In this document: positions 27,822-43,103 of the stretch, piece after piece
Layout of the letters: the number at the start of each line of letters is the position of its first letter
Numbering within the stretch: position 1 is the stretch's first letter
Source: Eledone cirrhosa
Taxonomy: Eukaryota
NCBI GenBank assembly: GCA_964016885.1
Contig: OZ024747.1
Location: 67,270,001-67,334,000, forward strand
DNA length: 64,000 bases
Direction of reading: 5' to 3'
Position numbers and translations under genes: made by a program
Notes under the pieces: generated by a model
Told to the model about the DNA's origin: nothing
The model's database searches: none
What the model saw: only the letters and a program-made list of their open reading frames with translations

Positions 27822-29408
27822 TGTCTATTGCTGGTCTTTCTACTGGTCTTTCCTTTGTCTATTGCTGGTCTTTCTACTGGTCTTTCCTGTGTCTATTGCT
27901 GGTCTTTCTACTGGTCTTTCCTGTGTCTATTGTTGGTCTTTCTACTGGTCTTTACTTTGTCTATTGCTGGTCTTTCTACTGGTCTTTCCTGTGTTTATTG
28001 CTGGTCATTCTACTGGTCTTTCCTGTGTCTATTGCTGGTCTTTCTACTGGTCTTTCTATTGGTCTTTCCTGTGTCTATTGCTGGTCTTTCTACTGGTCTT
28101 TCCTGTGTCTATTGCTGGTCTTTCTACTGGTCTTTCCTGTGTCTATTGCTGGTCTTTCTACTGGTCTTTCCTGTGTTTATTGCTGGTCATTCTACTGGTC
28201 TTTCCTGTGTTTATTGCTGGTCATTCTACTGGTCTTTCCTGTGTCTATTGCTGGTCTTTCTACTGGTCTTTCCTGTGTCTATTGCTGGTCTTTCTATAAG
28301 TCTTTCCTGTGTCTATTGCTGGTCTTTCTACTGGTCTTTCCTGTGTCTATTGCTGGTCTTTCTACTGGTCTTTCCTTTGTCTATTTCTGGTCTTTCTACT
28401 GGTCTTTCCTGTGTCTATTGCTGGTCTTTCTACTGGTCTTTCCTGTGTTTATTGCTGGTCATTCTACTGGTCTTTCCTGTGTCTATTGCTGGTCTTTCTA
28501 CTGGTCTTTCTATTGGTCTTTCCTGTGTCTATTGCTGGTCTTTCTACTGGTCTTTCCTGTGTCTATTGCTGGTCTTTCTACTGGTCTTTCCTTTGTCTAT
28601 TTCTGGTCTTTCTACTGGTCTTTCCTGTGTCTATTGCTGGTCTTTCTACTGGTCTTTCCTGTGTTTATTGCTGGTCATTCTACTGGTCTTTCCTGTGTCT
28701 ATTGCTGGTCTTTCTACTGGTCTTTCTATTGGTCTTTCCTGTGTCTATTGCTGGTCTTTCTACTGGTCTTTCCTGTGTCTATTGCTGGTCTTTCTACTGA
28801 TCTTTCTACTGGTCTTTCCTCTGTCTATTGCTGGTCTTTCTACTGGTCTTTCCCGTGTCTATTGCTGGTCTTTCTGCTGGTCTTTCTACCGGTCTATTGC
28901 TGGTCTTTCTACTGGTCTTTCCTGTGTCTATGCTGGTCTTTCTACTGGTCTTTCTTTTGTCTATTGCTGGTCTTTCTACTGGTCTTTCCTGTGTCTATTG
29001 CTGGTCTTTCTACTGGTCTTTCTTTTGTCTATTGCTGGTCTTTCTACTTGTCTTTCCTGTGTCTATTGCTGGTCTTTCTACTGATCTTTCCTTTGTCTAT
29101 TGCTGGTCTTTCTACTGGTCTTTACTGTGTCTATTGCTGGTCTTTCTACTGGTGTTTCCTGTGTCTATTGCTGCTGTTTCTACTGGTCTTTCCTTTGTCT
29201 ATTTCTGGTCTTTCTACTGGTTTTTCCTGTGTCTATTGCTGGTCTTTCTACTGGTCTTTCCTGTGTCTATTGCTGGTCTTTCTACTGGTCTTTCCTGTGT
29301 CTATTGCTGGTCTTTCTACTGGTCTTTCCTTTGTCTATTGCTGGTCTTTCTATTGGTCTTTTCTGTGTCTATTGCTGGTGTTTCTACTGGTCTTTCTACT
29401 GGTCTTTG
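27822..29408. repeat. 34-bp minisatellite (ctggtctttctactggtctttcctgtgtctattg)n, ~45 units with occasional extra 12-bp subunits
   Basis: Direct reading. Confidence 0.95.
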
Positions 29409-30256
29409 CTTTGTTTTTTGGTCCTTTCCCTATCTATTGGTTGTCTTACTGTTGATATGTTCTTTGTTTATTAGTTCTAATACTATTGTCTTTTCCTTAG
29501 TCTACTCGTTGACTTACTTTTTGTCTATCTTTTTTCTGTTGGTTGACTTACTATTGCTCTTTCCATTATCTATTATTCATTCCTTTGTATAGTTTGTGAT
29601 CTTGAATGACTTAATATTGAATAAATTAGGACTTCCGGCCTAATTTCTTTCTTAATTCTATCCCTTCATTCATTCATTCACTCTATGTTTTTGTCCCATA
29701 TATAGAGCTTCTGGTTTATGTCGGGGGAGAAATCTAGTGTTTCGTGTTACAATAGATTTCATGAATTAATGTAGGGAGGAAAAGAAATCTAGTTAAAATG
29801 AGTGGTGGTGGCACTGTGATGAAGAAGGAAGCTGTGTTGTCAAAGAAATTGTTTGGAATCAAGCAAATTAGTTGAGAAATTTAAGATAGTATAAAGAAGA
29901 AGAAAAAAGAAAAGCTCATATTTATTTCTATGAATGATAACAGGAAAATAATAACATTTTTTAATGAGCAATAATAAACCTAGAAAATATAATATAGCAA
30001 TTTTTGTAGATTTGTTTTCTAAAGTTCCTTTCTAGAATAAGAAACAAGACGAAAATTAGGAGCAGAGTATTGATAAAAGAAATCAAAATAAATGTAATGG
30101 AGAAATGAATTGGAATGAAGAGGAGGTTAATGAAAGTGAAAGTATGGAGAAGAAAATAGAGATGAGAGATTGAGTGAGTGATGGGTGGAAGAATGAGGGC
30201 TAGTGATATTGTGAGTGAGGGTGAGAAAAGATGCATGAGGAAGAGAGAGAGAGAGG

Positions 30257-30294
<38 letters not shown>

Positions 30295-30427
30295 TTAAGA
30301 CAGAAAGGGTAGGGGAGTGAGGAAAGGAACAATGAAGAAGAGTGAGAAGGTGTGAAAGAGTAAGAGGAACAGAGAGATTTAAAACTGAAGAGAAAGGAGA
30401 GTGACATTAGGAATGTGTGAGAAGTCG

Positions 30428-33281
30428 AGAAGGAGTACATGAGTGATAGCATTAACTGTGGTTTAATACATGAGATAGAGAGGGGTGGAGAGAGAGGGGA
30501 GAGAAGGAGTACATGAGTGATAGAATTAACTGTGGTTTAATACATGAGAGAGAGAGGGGAGAGAAGGAGTACATGAGTGATAGCATTAACTGTGGTTTAA
30601 TACATGAGAGAGGGGGAGAGAGAGGGGAGAAGGAGTACATGAGTGATAGCATTAACTGTGGTTTAATACATGAGAGAGGGGGAGAGAGAAGAGGGGAGAA
30701 GGAGTACATGAGTGATAGCATTAACTGTGGTTTAATACTGGAGAGAGAGGGGGAGAGAGAGAGGGGAGAGAAGGAGTACATGAGTATAACATTAACTGTG
30801 GTTTAATACATGAGAGAGAGAGGGGGAGAAGGAGTACATGAGTGATAGCATTAACTGTGGTTTAATACATGAGAGAGAGAGAGGGGGAGAGAGAGGGGAG
30901 AGAAGGAGTACATGAGTGATAGCATTAACTGTGGTTTAATACATGAGAGAGAGAGGGGGAGAGAAGGAGTACATGAGTGATAACATTAACTGTGGTTTAA
31001 TACATGAGAGAGAGAGAGGGAGAGAAGGAGTACATGAGTGATAACATTAACTGTGGTTTAATACATGAGAGAGAGAGGTGAGGAGAGAAGTAGTACATGA
31101 GTGATAGCATTAACTGTGGTTTAATACATGAGAGAGAGAGGGGAGAGAAGGAGTACATGAGTGATAACATTAACTGTGGTTTAATACATGAGAGAGAGAG
31201 GGGGAGAGAGAGGGGGAGAGAAGGAGTGCATGAGTGATAACATTAACTGTGGTTTAATACATGAGAGAGAGAGGGGGAGAGAGAGGGGGAGAGAAGGAGT
31301 GCATGAGTGATAACATTAACTGTGGTTTAATACATGAGAGAGAGGGGGAGAGAAGGAGTACATGAGTGATAACATTAACTGTGGTTTAATACATGAGAGA
31401 GAGAGGAGAGAAGGAGTACATGAGTGATAACATTAACTGTGGTTTAATACATGAGAGAGAGAGGAGGAGAGAGAGGGGGAGAGAAGGAGTACATGAGTGA
31501 TAACATTAACTGTGGTTTAATACATGAGAGAGAGAGGAGGAGAGAGAGGGGGAGAGAAGGAGTACATGAGTGATAACATTAACTGTGGTTTAATACATGA
31601 GAGGGCGAGGAGGAGAGAGAGGGGGAGAGAAGGAGTACATGAGTGATAACATTAACTGTGGTTTAATACATGAGAGAGAGGGGGAGAGAAGGAGTACAGG
31701 AGTAATAACATTAACTGTGGTTTAATACATGAGAGAGAGAGGAGAGAAGGAGTACATGAGTGATAACATTAACTGTGGTTTAATACATGAGAGAGAGAGG
31801 AGGAGAGAGAGGGGGAGAGAAGGAGTACATGAGTGATAACATTAACTGTGGTTTAATACATGAGAGAGAGAGGAGGAGAGAGAGGGGGAGAGAAGGAGTA
31901 CATGAGTGATAACATTAACTGTGGTTTAATACATGAGAGATAGAGGAGGAGAGAGAGGGGAGAGAAGGAGTACATGAGTGATAACATTAACTGTGGTTTA
32001 ATACATGAGAGAGAGATGAGGGGAGAGAAGGAGTACATGAGTGATAACATTAACTGTGGTTTAATACATGAGAGAGAGGGGGAGAGAAGGAGTACATGAG
32101 TGATAACATTAACTGTGGTTTAATACATGAGAGAGAGAGGAGGAGAGAGAGGGGGAGAGAAGGAGTACATGAGTGATAACATTAACTGTGGTTTAATACA
32201 TGAGAGAGAGAGGAGGAGAGAGAGGGGGAGAGAAGGAGTACATGAGTGATAACATTAACTGTGGTTTAATACATGAGAGAGAGAGGAGGAGAGAGAGGGG
32301 GAGAGAAGGAGTACATGAGTGATAACATTAACTGTGGTTTAATACATGAGAGAGAGAGGAGGAGAGAGAGGGGGAGAGAAGGAGTACATGAGTGATAACA
32401 TTAACTGTGGTTTAATACATGAGAGAGAGGGGGAGAGAAGGAGTACATGAGTGATAACATTAACTGTGGTTTAATACATGAGAGAGAGAGGAGAGAAGGA
32501 GTACATGAGTGATAACATTAACTGTGGTTTAATACATGAGAGAGAGAGGAGGAGAGAGAGGGGGAGAGAAGGAGTACATGAGTGATAACATTAACTGTGG
32601 TTTAATACATGAGAGAGAGAGGAGGAGAGAGAGGGGGAGAGAAGGAGTACATGAGTGATAACATTAACTGTGGTTTAATACATGAGAGAGAGAGGAGAGA
32701 AGGAGTACATGAGTGATAACATTAACTGTGGTTTAATACATGAGAGAGAGAGGAGGAGAGAGAGGGGGAGAGAAGGAGTACATGAGTGATAACATTAACT
32801 GTGGTTTAATACATGAGAGAGAGAGGAGGAGAGAGAGGGGGAGAGAAGGAGTACATGAGTGATAACATTAACTGTGGTTTAATACATGAGAGAGAGGGGG
32901 AGAGAAGGAGTACATGAGTGATAACATTAACTCTGGTTTAATACATGAGAGAGAGAGGAGGAGAGAGAGGGGGAGAGAAGGAGTACATGAGTGATAACAT
33001 TAACTGTGGTTTAATACATGAGAGAGGGGGGGAGAGAAGGAGTACATGAGTGATAACATTAACTGTGGTTTAATACATGAGAGAGAGAGGAGAGAAGGAG
33101 TACATGAGTGATAACATTAACTGTGGTTTAATACATGAGAGAGAGAGGAGGAGAGAGAGGGGGAGAGAAGGAGTACATGAGTGATAACATTAACTGTGGT
33201 TTAATACATGAGAGAGAGAGGAGGAGAGAGAGGGGGAGAGAAGGAGTACATGAGTGATAACATTAACTGTGGTTTAATACT
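30428..33281. repeat. Tandem array of ~43 units: constant core agaaggagtacatgagtgataacattaactgtggtttaatacatgag plus variable purine (GA) linker
   Basis: Counted by eye; unit lengths mostly 58, 59 and 73 bp. Confidence 0.95.
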
Positions 33282-34460
33282 GGAGAGAAAGAGATAGAGG
33301 TGAATGAGGCGGAATATTTAGAGCTGAGAAGAAAAAGAAAGTAAGAGAGAGGAGGAATGTTGGAGGAGGAGGAGGAGGGTTAATGGGTTGGGAGATGAGC
33401 TGTTGTTTAAGAAAGGAAGGAACTGAGAGAGGGGGTGCTTAAGGAGTATAGAAAAGGTTGTATTGAGAGAGAAAGAGTGAGAGGTGTTATAAACTTAATC
33501 AATACAAGAAAAAATTGCTTCCGGTTCATTGGTTGGGTGATGTTCTCTGAGAGATTATAATAAGTCGGGCGGATAACAAGAAACTCTTGATGCCGGATCA
33601 ATAACAGCGTTAATCTGTGATGGAAGCAATTCCTCTACCATTCTGACATCAGCCTCGACCGATGTCATTATATATAGCTTTGTAATTTGATTAACGATTA
33701 ATCAATCGATACAGGTGTTTAAATGGGATACAAACGTTCTTACAAACAATTGTATATATTTATATAACGTACATGCTCTGTTTTCCATGGAAGAGTCCTT
33801 GATCTTAAACATCCTCATCCTTATCATCGTGTATATATATATGTGTGTGTGTATTTTTGTGTGTTTGTCTGTGTGGGGGGAGGGGGGTGAAATACAGCCA
33901 TTCCAAACTCAGCTCCTGAAAACCAACAATAGAAATTTTGGAATACAGGTTTTGGATATCCCTTCTCACTTGTTGCACACACACACACACATACACACAT
34001 ACATACACACATACATACACACACACACTCACACACACACACACATACACACACACATTCTCACATATACACATACACAGAGGGATCAAACCATATATAC
34101 CCTGATAATACACCCAGGTACGCATACACCTTCAAAACACAATATACATCACTCCAACACATATACTCACGCATACACACATAAAATGAAAACAGCAACA
34201 GGAACATTCACTAAATGCACCTTATCCGCATACATATAATGCTACTAATAACAAATCCGGATGTTCTGCAACTCCATCAACATCCGCTTCCACATGCCAG
34301 ACAATTTGCTTGGACAACTCATCCATCCAAATAAACCTGTTTTCTTTTCTTCAAACTTCCAATCTCATATTTCTCTTAACTCTACTTTTTCCTAATGAAG
34401 CACTAACGCTGAATCATTCCTTTTCCTATACCAACAAACGTCTGTTTTAACTTGAATGAC

Positions 34461-34770
<310 letters not shown>

Positions 34771-35109
34771 TGATATATATATAAGTGATATGTCGCTCCT
34801 AACCACAAATTCATAGTTGAATATATTACAAAAAACGCCAGAATGAAAACTTTTTCACCAACATGAATCCTCAAACTAGCAGAATGTAGATGATGTGTTT
34901 AATGTAATATGCAAATTTCAATATAAAAATGAATTTCTAATCTTCATGACTCAAACTTTTACGTTCCATACTTTGGGCAAATATCTATACTAACTCGCTG
35001 TAATAGTACTGTATATACAATGTATTTATGTATAATAAACATACTGTCTGTTCTTTATATTAAAATACCCTCGGCGGAAATTATTTATATGTATTATATA
35101 CATAAACAT

Positions 35110-35312
35110 AGGGCAGTGGATTGGTAGAGTATCGGACACCAAGCTGCGTGGCATAGAGTTATGTTCTGAGTTCAAATCCCGCTGAGGTTAGCTTTAACAT
35201 TCATCTTTAAGGAGTCGCAAACAATAAAGTACCACTTACGCACTGGGGTTGATTTTGTCGACTTTCCCCTGTCCCAAATTGTTGGCCTTGTGCCTAAATC
35301 AGAAACCATTAT
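35110..35312 (+). mobile_element. Meta-type tRNA-derived SINE, diverged
   Basis: gggcagtggattggtagag...gagttcaaatcccgc...ggccttgtgcctaaatcagaaacc. Confidence 0.7.
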
Positions 35313-35689
35313 ACATAATAATATTCCCTATACTTTCATATACGTCTCTATTATGAACCACTATGTAATTGATAATTAACATTACTATATGACATTGTTA
35401 TTTCCACTCACTACATATCCTATTTACATTTGCACTATATTTAGTCACTAAATGTTTCTGTAGCAATCACCCAGATCTATATTTTTTAGTTTTATATAAT
35501 ATTGATGATCATTTCTGAATTCAATTTAAGTCATTGTTATATGTTCCTTGTGGATTTGTTACCATTTGTTTCCATTTAAGTGAAAGCTAAGAAAACAAAA
35601 TATATTTCGAACAAAATTCAGAAAACAATTTTTTGTCATATATTTCTTTCTTTTATTTTGACGTACAATCTATATATGTGTCATCTCAT

Positions 35690-37075
35690 TCCAATCAATG
35701 TCTAATTTCATTAACTTAATGTTTTCCATTAAGTTAATGTCTCAGTGAATACATTCACCTCATTCTCTATTTTACTTGCCAGTTGTCTTCTGAAAATTAT
35801 CACGACTACAATAGTAAAAGTCTACTTCTCTACTCATCCTACATTCAACTTTCTAAAAAGCTATCAATCATTGGTTTTAACTAAACTGCTTGTAAGTCTG
35901 TATATTTCTCATTTTAAAAAGAACTTTCTAATGAGACATTGAAAAGCTTGCTCGACTTCTATGTAAATTTCAGACATTTTCTTCCCACATTCTCAATATT
36001 CACACTTGCCCCCACTTCAATATAATATGTTCTACAGAAATGTCACCTTGAAAATGATGTTTTGTTTACGTTACAGCTGAAATAAATAAGGTTCCAGTAC
36101 TCTTCCATCTTCATTAAGAATTTCTGTAAAATATTCCATACATAATAAATCTATGTACAGGGATGGTAAAATAAATGTTCGTGGATCTAGAACTTAAGTA
36201 GTATTGATAGTCCTGGCAAAAGTATATTTTCTTGTGGCCAGTTGTGTTGTGAATAATATGGCACACACAGCAAAATATTCGATAGACCTGAAACTCATAA
36301 ACAGGGTTGGTAAAAAACTTTTCTTTTCGTGGATTTACATAATCTGAAGTAACATTGTTAGATCTCGAAAATGAAGCAAAGAATGAAGTTGGTTTAGCAG
36401 AAGAGATATTCTACACTATATGAAGCAGACAGTTTTTTTTTTTAAACAAATGCATGTGTAATAATAACAGCAGTGATGAGGAGAAGATGGAGAGATTGAC
36501 AGAGAACGAAAGGAGAGAAAGGGAAGGAGTCAGGCATGGATTTGGATTGTGAGGTGTAAGGTGGCAGCAAAGAACATTTTGCAAACAAGAAAAACAAGTA
36601 AAATATTACAAGGGAAAAACAGTTTTGTTCGTCTATGACATGGCGTATATTATCAGCTCTGCTTCCACTCCACAGACAAAGTTATTGTTTATAAATACTT
36701 TGAAGTCCAGGTATGAGTACTTTTATATTTCAACTATCACGGACGAACCAATTGTGATCATGATAATTCAACATTTTCAAAGAGCGTTACCAGCACTCAC
36801 GTGTTTCAGACATCAGTACAGAATGTCCTGTAGTTATAAACGTTAGAGATAGACTGATATAGAATAACACCGCTTTCATGGTTCTCTTTGAAGAACCAAT
36901 AGACACTTTGATATCCTCAGCTTTATAGCGGGTTAGAATTCCTTCAATTAAGACTTTACTGTTTGGGCAGAAAATAAACGAGATTCTTTGATGAAAAAAT
37001 ATTCCATACGTTTTATCTCTGATAATTCCATGCAATGGATAGTTATTTTCTAACTTAGTCTTGCAGGGAGATTTT
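35690..37075 (-). mobile_element. Highly degraded DNA-transposon transposase remnant, Chapaev3 (CMC)-like
   Basis: SIGSSKRTMKAVLF...GHSVLMSETRE...LNYHDHNW resembles FIDSSKRSLKAVLL..GHSV..KE.Y; CRMSREVDF...GECIH*DINLME resembles MSLKIHFL..GERFHQDI..ME. Family assigned from recalled motifs. Confidence 0.55.
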
Positions 37076-37257
37076 CTACTTTAAACACTATATGGAGAAA
37101 TACTTTAGATGTATTATATATAAGCATATTATATATGTTGATTCTGCAAAAAAGAAAACCATATTGATATATTATAACAATTTAGAAGCACGAATTTATA
37201 AAGTACCAAGTTTCTTTTTACGCAATTCATTGCGCTACTGGGTACGAAATAGCACTT

Positions 37258-37320
<63 letters not shown>

Positions 37321-37331
37321 ATATATATTAT

Positions 37332-37799
<468 letters not shown>

Positions 37800-38058
37800 T
37801 ACATACATACATCCACGCATGAACGTATGTATGAATAACACGCATGAATAACAAAGAAGATGTGGTAAGATACCAGTGGACCATAATGCACCAAAGTTCG
37901 ATACTGAGGATAGTAGAGTGCGTAATAGGGAAAAGAGTCAGGACATCCGGGGCTGAGCTTCGGCCGTTTCGGCAGCTAGATCCGTTCTAATACTGCTAGC
38001 TTAGTTCGGATCTAACTGTCGAAACGGCCGGAGCTCAGCCGTCGGGATCCTGACTCTT

Positions 38059-38126
<68 letters not shown>

Positions 38127-38373
38127 TGTTATAGTGAAAGGACGACTGTGTTCCAGTTTGATCTTTTATTTTGAGGGTGTTTCATGTTTCCGTATTAGTC
38201 CTTTGTGCCTGTTGTGCCAAGCATAAAAACGAAATAAGGAAATACGAAAATCCTTTTAAAAGTGGCCAAACTGGATTATAGTTATTAGTTATGCTTTCAA
38301 CATAATACATGTATATACAGGCATACATAAATGTATATATACACTATACATACATATATATAAATATAAATAT

Positions 38374-38417
<44 letters not shown>

Positions 38418-38419
<2 letters not shown>

Positions 38420-38563
38420 CGTTTCTGAATTTGTTTAGCAAGATTCTTTATCTGAAAACGTGTGTTGGAACCGATATTGTTATACTTTGGGAGGGTCATG
38501 TTGCCAATAAGAAACACACGCACCAGTGTGTTTCTTAATGGCAACATGACCCTCCCAAAGTAT

Positions 38564-38569
<6 letters not shown>
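38418..38569. repeat. Family 'Y' hairpin element in (AT)n
   Basis: ~45-bp inverted arms 38476-38519 / 38526-38569. Confidence 0.75.
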
Positions 38570-38632
<63 letters not shown>

Positions 38633-39117
38633 TTGATTTTACGTTGATCAACACTCGTCGTCGTAACTGACGGAGAGCCAGTACTTTACTGGTACTTTAT
38701 TTATCGACTCCAATACATGATTGGAACTTTATTTATGGAACCAGACATAATCAAAAGTGAAGTTAACTTTGATGGAATTTTAGCACAAAATATAAATAAC
38801 CAGAACAATTACAGCAAAGGATTTGTCCAACGCTCTACCGATTCCAAGCCATTACCCTGTTTAGAACAAGTAATGTATATATACTTACGTTATTACGTGT
38901 TCCAGAAGCAGTCTGTTTGTCAAAATTCCATTAAACACCTTGGATTGTGAAGAACATAAAGTTGGAAGCTATTACTGTATTGAGCGACTATTGGTTTTGA
39001 CTTTCTTATCTCCCTCTGAAAAGTTGCCAAACATGAGTGCAAAGAAAACAGCGAGAAAAAAGGAAGAGAGGAGGGAGAGAGGGGGAGAAAGAGAAGAGGG
39101 AGTAAAACATATATATG

Positions 39118-39212
<95 letters not shown>

Positions 39213-39223
39213 ATATATATGTC

Positions 39224-39264
<41 letters not shown>

Positions 39265-39311
39265 ATACTTGGGGAGGGTCATATTTGCGTAATATTGCCA
39301 GAATTAATAAC

Positions 39312-39357
<46 letters not shown>

Positions 39358-39519
39358 TATATATATATATATATAAATCATCAGGAATCTCCTGATGATT
39401 TCTAAAGAATCAAACAGTTCTAGTCCTGTAGAATCTCATCTATATTAAAACTTTTATACTCTGCTTTGTATTGAGTACCTTACTTACTGTGGTTACCTCC
39501 GATTGAACCCGGTATAACG

Positions 39520-39552
<33 letters not shown>

Positions 39553-39576
39553 AAATATATATATGTATATATATAG

Positions 39577-39690
<114 letters not shown>

Positions 39691-40469
39691 GTGGGAGTGA
39701 AGAAGAGGGATTTATAAAACACCTATACAAGAGTACACCCAATAATATATACCTTATATACAGTAGTTACAACAACATCTGGTGCAGGAATAACATCCAC
39801 CAGCAACAACATCTAGGGTACGAACAACAACAACAACAGCTGCAACAACAACAACATCTAGGGCGCAAACAAAAACAGCAACAACAACAATAATAGCAAT
39901 AACTGTAGTCTGGTAATATTTCTTAATTTCACCTGCTGTGAGAAACAGAAAGGTGTTCGTCTCCCTCACCCTTCCATTACATTCACCAGTATTGCCTTGA
40001 AGTACATGTGTATCCCTCACGTGATCTATATATCGATATTTCGATCAACGTTCTTCAGAAATTTCAATATTTTTATTTATTTATTTATTTTTATTTTTGT
40101 TCACAACAGGTTATAAATATTTCGACAGAACCTCCACCACCCCCACCACTTCTACCGCCGCCACTTCCATCTCCACAACTTCCGCCCCTACACAAAATTC
40201 GTAAATTTCCGCCTCGGACAGTTTAATCTGTGTTATCTATCATTTTTGATGTCGCAAGCGATGGTGGTGGCGATACTGGTGGTGTTAGCAGCAGTAACGC
40301 TGGTGGTGGTGGTGGTGGAATGCCTTAATATTGGAGACAATATTAAATGGTACCATCGTTAAGCAGAGAGTTTCAACAGACAGGAGTTCCCTAAAGGCAT
40401 CTATGACTGAGGTAGTAGTGTTAAATCGAGCGACAATCTCAAAGAAAAAGTCTAAGTTCAGAAACTCAT

Positions 40470-40695
40470 CATGCCGGTGCTTATCCCTGTTTCCATGGTG
40501 TTAAGCGACTAAGAGTACAAGACTTACCTCGCTGGACAGGAAGCCATGTCATCGCATGGTTAAATCTCCAGCTATTGCAGGTACTCATTTTCAGTTGAGT
40601 ATACTGGAGCAACGTAAAATGAAGTTTTACAACACGCAACACAGTCCAGGAATCAAACCCACGATTGATTTGATCCTAAGTCCAACACACTGACA
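40470..40695 (-). mobile_element. Diverged CORE-type SINE
   Basis: Reverse complement has a tRNA-like head (gggtttgattcctgg) and ttttacgttgctccagt...aatgagtacc. Confidence 0.5.
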
Positions 40696-41453
40696 ATTCA
40701 TCCTCTAGGGCCTCTAAGCAGAGCCGTGTGAATCCGTGGAAAGATCCCTAGGATTTCAGGTATTTCCGGCACCCTTGGGCACTTCAAACTTTAACCCAAC
40801 TACAGCTCACATCATGAACCGTAATTAGGCTCCCTCTGGCACTTTCTTACCTCATTAAAGCTGACACTATGTGCCATGTTAATCCATTGGCCAGGTCACT
40901 AGACTTTCAGATATTTCCAACCTTCTATATGAAAGTATATACAATATGTTTATGTATAATAAACATATTGTTTATTATACAACGTTACCAGCACCTTGTT
41001 ATTTTTGTAAATATTAACATGGCGACGATATCTTGGCGGTGTTAGAGAAGTTGAAGGGGATAATCTATTAGGCAGTTTCTTAATTTAGTATTTTATAACT
41101 GGGGATGGTATGTTTACGTCGTACATATTTTAATGGAGAGATAACCTAGGAAATAGCCTCCGTTGATAAGAGTTACAGAATAATTCAATTTAATTTAAAT
41201 TAAATTAAATGAAACTAAATCAAACTAAATCAAACTGAATTTATATCATTATCCATTCAGAATTAACTTAAGCTTTTCAATAAAATTGTTTTTGCTACCT
41301 TTCGTTTTATTTCACCTTATTATTCACGTTATGTTTATAAAATAGGCATATTGTCATTTCTTTTTGTTGCAGCATGTTTCCAAATGACAATTTAATGGTA
41401 TCTGTCTGATATTAGGGTATCTAATCTGTTACGGTGTACTCAGATGCTTTCTA

Positions 41454-41646
41454 ATAATTGTTTCTACTTTTGGTACAAGGCAGCAATTATTCCAGTGCAT
41501 TACTGGTCCTTTATTTTATTGACCCCGTAAGGATGAAAGGCAAAGTTAAACTCGGCGGGATTTGAACTCAGATCGTAAAGGGGCGTAACTCTATGCTACA
41601 AAGCATGGCGTCTGACCCTCTACGTATACTGCCAATCCACCGCCCG
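41454..41646 (-). mobile_element. Full-length Meta-type SINE with 15-bp target site duplication
   Basis: gatgctttctaataa at 41443-41457 and 41647-41661; internal sequence matches 51516-51710. Confidence 0.85.
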
Positions 41647-42582
41647 GATGCTTTCTAATAAAGAGTTACAGATACATTGTATATTAGTTTTGAGATGTTT
41701 ACATTCTAAAAATTATCATGTATAAATTGAGTTGCCCCCAGATATATTGGACGAATATCAACAGACTAAGAAGAACGATGTCATATATAATATGGCCTAG
41801 ATGTGGAAGAATCAATTTCTGGATACTACGAGCACTTAACAGTAACACTGAAGATTTGATTAATATTCCAGTAACGCCGCAGCAGTTCCCAATTTAAAAC
41901 ATTTGATACCAACACACCTGAAACCGTTCCTCATTTTATGATATAAAGCTATCCGTTTTTAAATGTTTACATTTATCTCGAATAAAAACTTCCATCAGAA
42001 TTTCATGTAATGATTTTGTTAGGTTACGTTCCAAACAACAGCTAAATAATGAAAAGGTTAGTTATGCTACTAAATCCCTTAAATGTGTGATTATTTTCAA
42101 AATAATTTGAAAATTTCCTTAGAAATATGATAACGAATGGCTTGAATTCGCTGCTGGAAATTTTAGTTTTGTTTAATGAGGAATGTAAAATATGCACTTA
42201 ATTGATGAGGGTAATCAATTAAGTTAATCTTAAGTTGATTGATTACCCAAGAGTGGCAACGATTCAACTAAATTCATAGAGATTAATCGATTAAAGATTC
42301 ATGTTAAACATTGCATACATAGTGCGGGTTCATCAATGCACTAACACACACACACACATACACATACACATACGTATAAACAATGTGTGTATATATATAT
42401 ATATATATATGTGTGTGTGCGTGTATGTGTGTTTGTGTGTGTGTGTGAGTGCGTGTGTCTGTCTGTGAGTGTGTGGGTGAACGTATAAACAAACACATTT
42501 ATATACATCATGAAACTAATACGACTTTATATTAATGCATCATTTAATTTGTTCGTTTCTAGTTTCCTTTATATATATATAT

Positions 42583-42683
<101 letters not shown>

Positions 42684-43036
42684 CATACATATGTTACATC
42701 TTTAATTAATTGATATATAAACAATATGTTTGATATTGATAATATATATTTACTACTTTCAAACATGCCGTGGTTCATAGTAAAATTGTATTTAATTTAA
42801 TAATTTTATGATTACATTCTTTGTAAAGATGCTTGAATCCTCGATTTTCTTTGATCTTCTTGTCAACCTGGCGACCCCTGTATTTTATTTTACATTCATT
42901 TAATTCAATTACAATATATTTCTTCCATATTTTTTTAATCATTATCAAACATATATGCACAAAATTACGATGACTTTGTCTACCTCTTTCTCTCTCTCCT
43001 CTCTCTCTCTCTCTCTCATTCACACTCTCCCTCTTA

Positions 43037-43103
<67 letters not shown>

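Noticed and set aside
27794-29592. Multi-pass membrane protein ORFs (553, 418 aa and others)
   Set aside because: All three frames give the same periodic peptide from a stop-free 34-bp minisatellite.
30428-33281. CRISPR array
   Set aside because: Spacers are low-complexity, repeated GA tracts rather than unique sequences. There are no cas genes and the context is eukaryotic.
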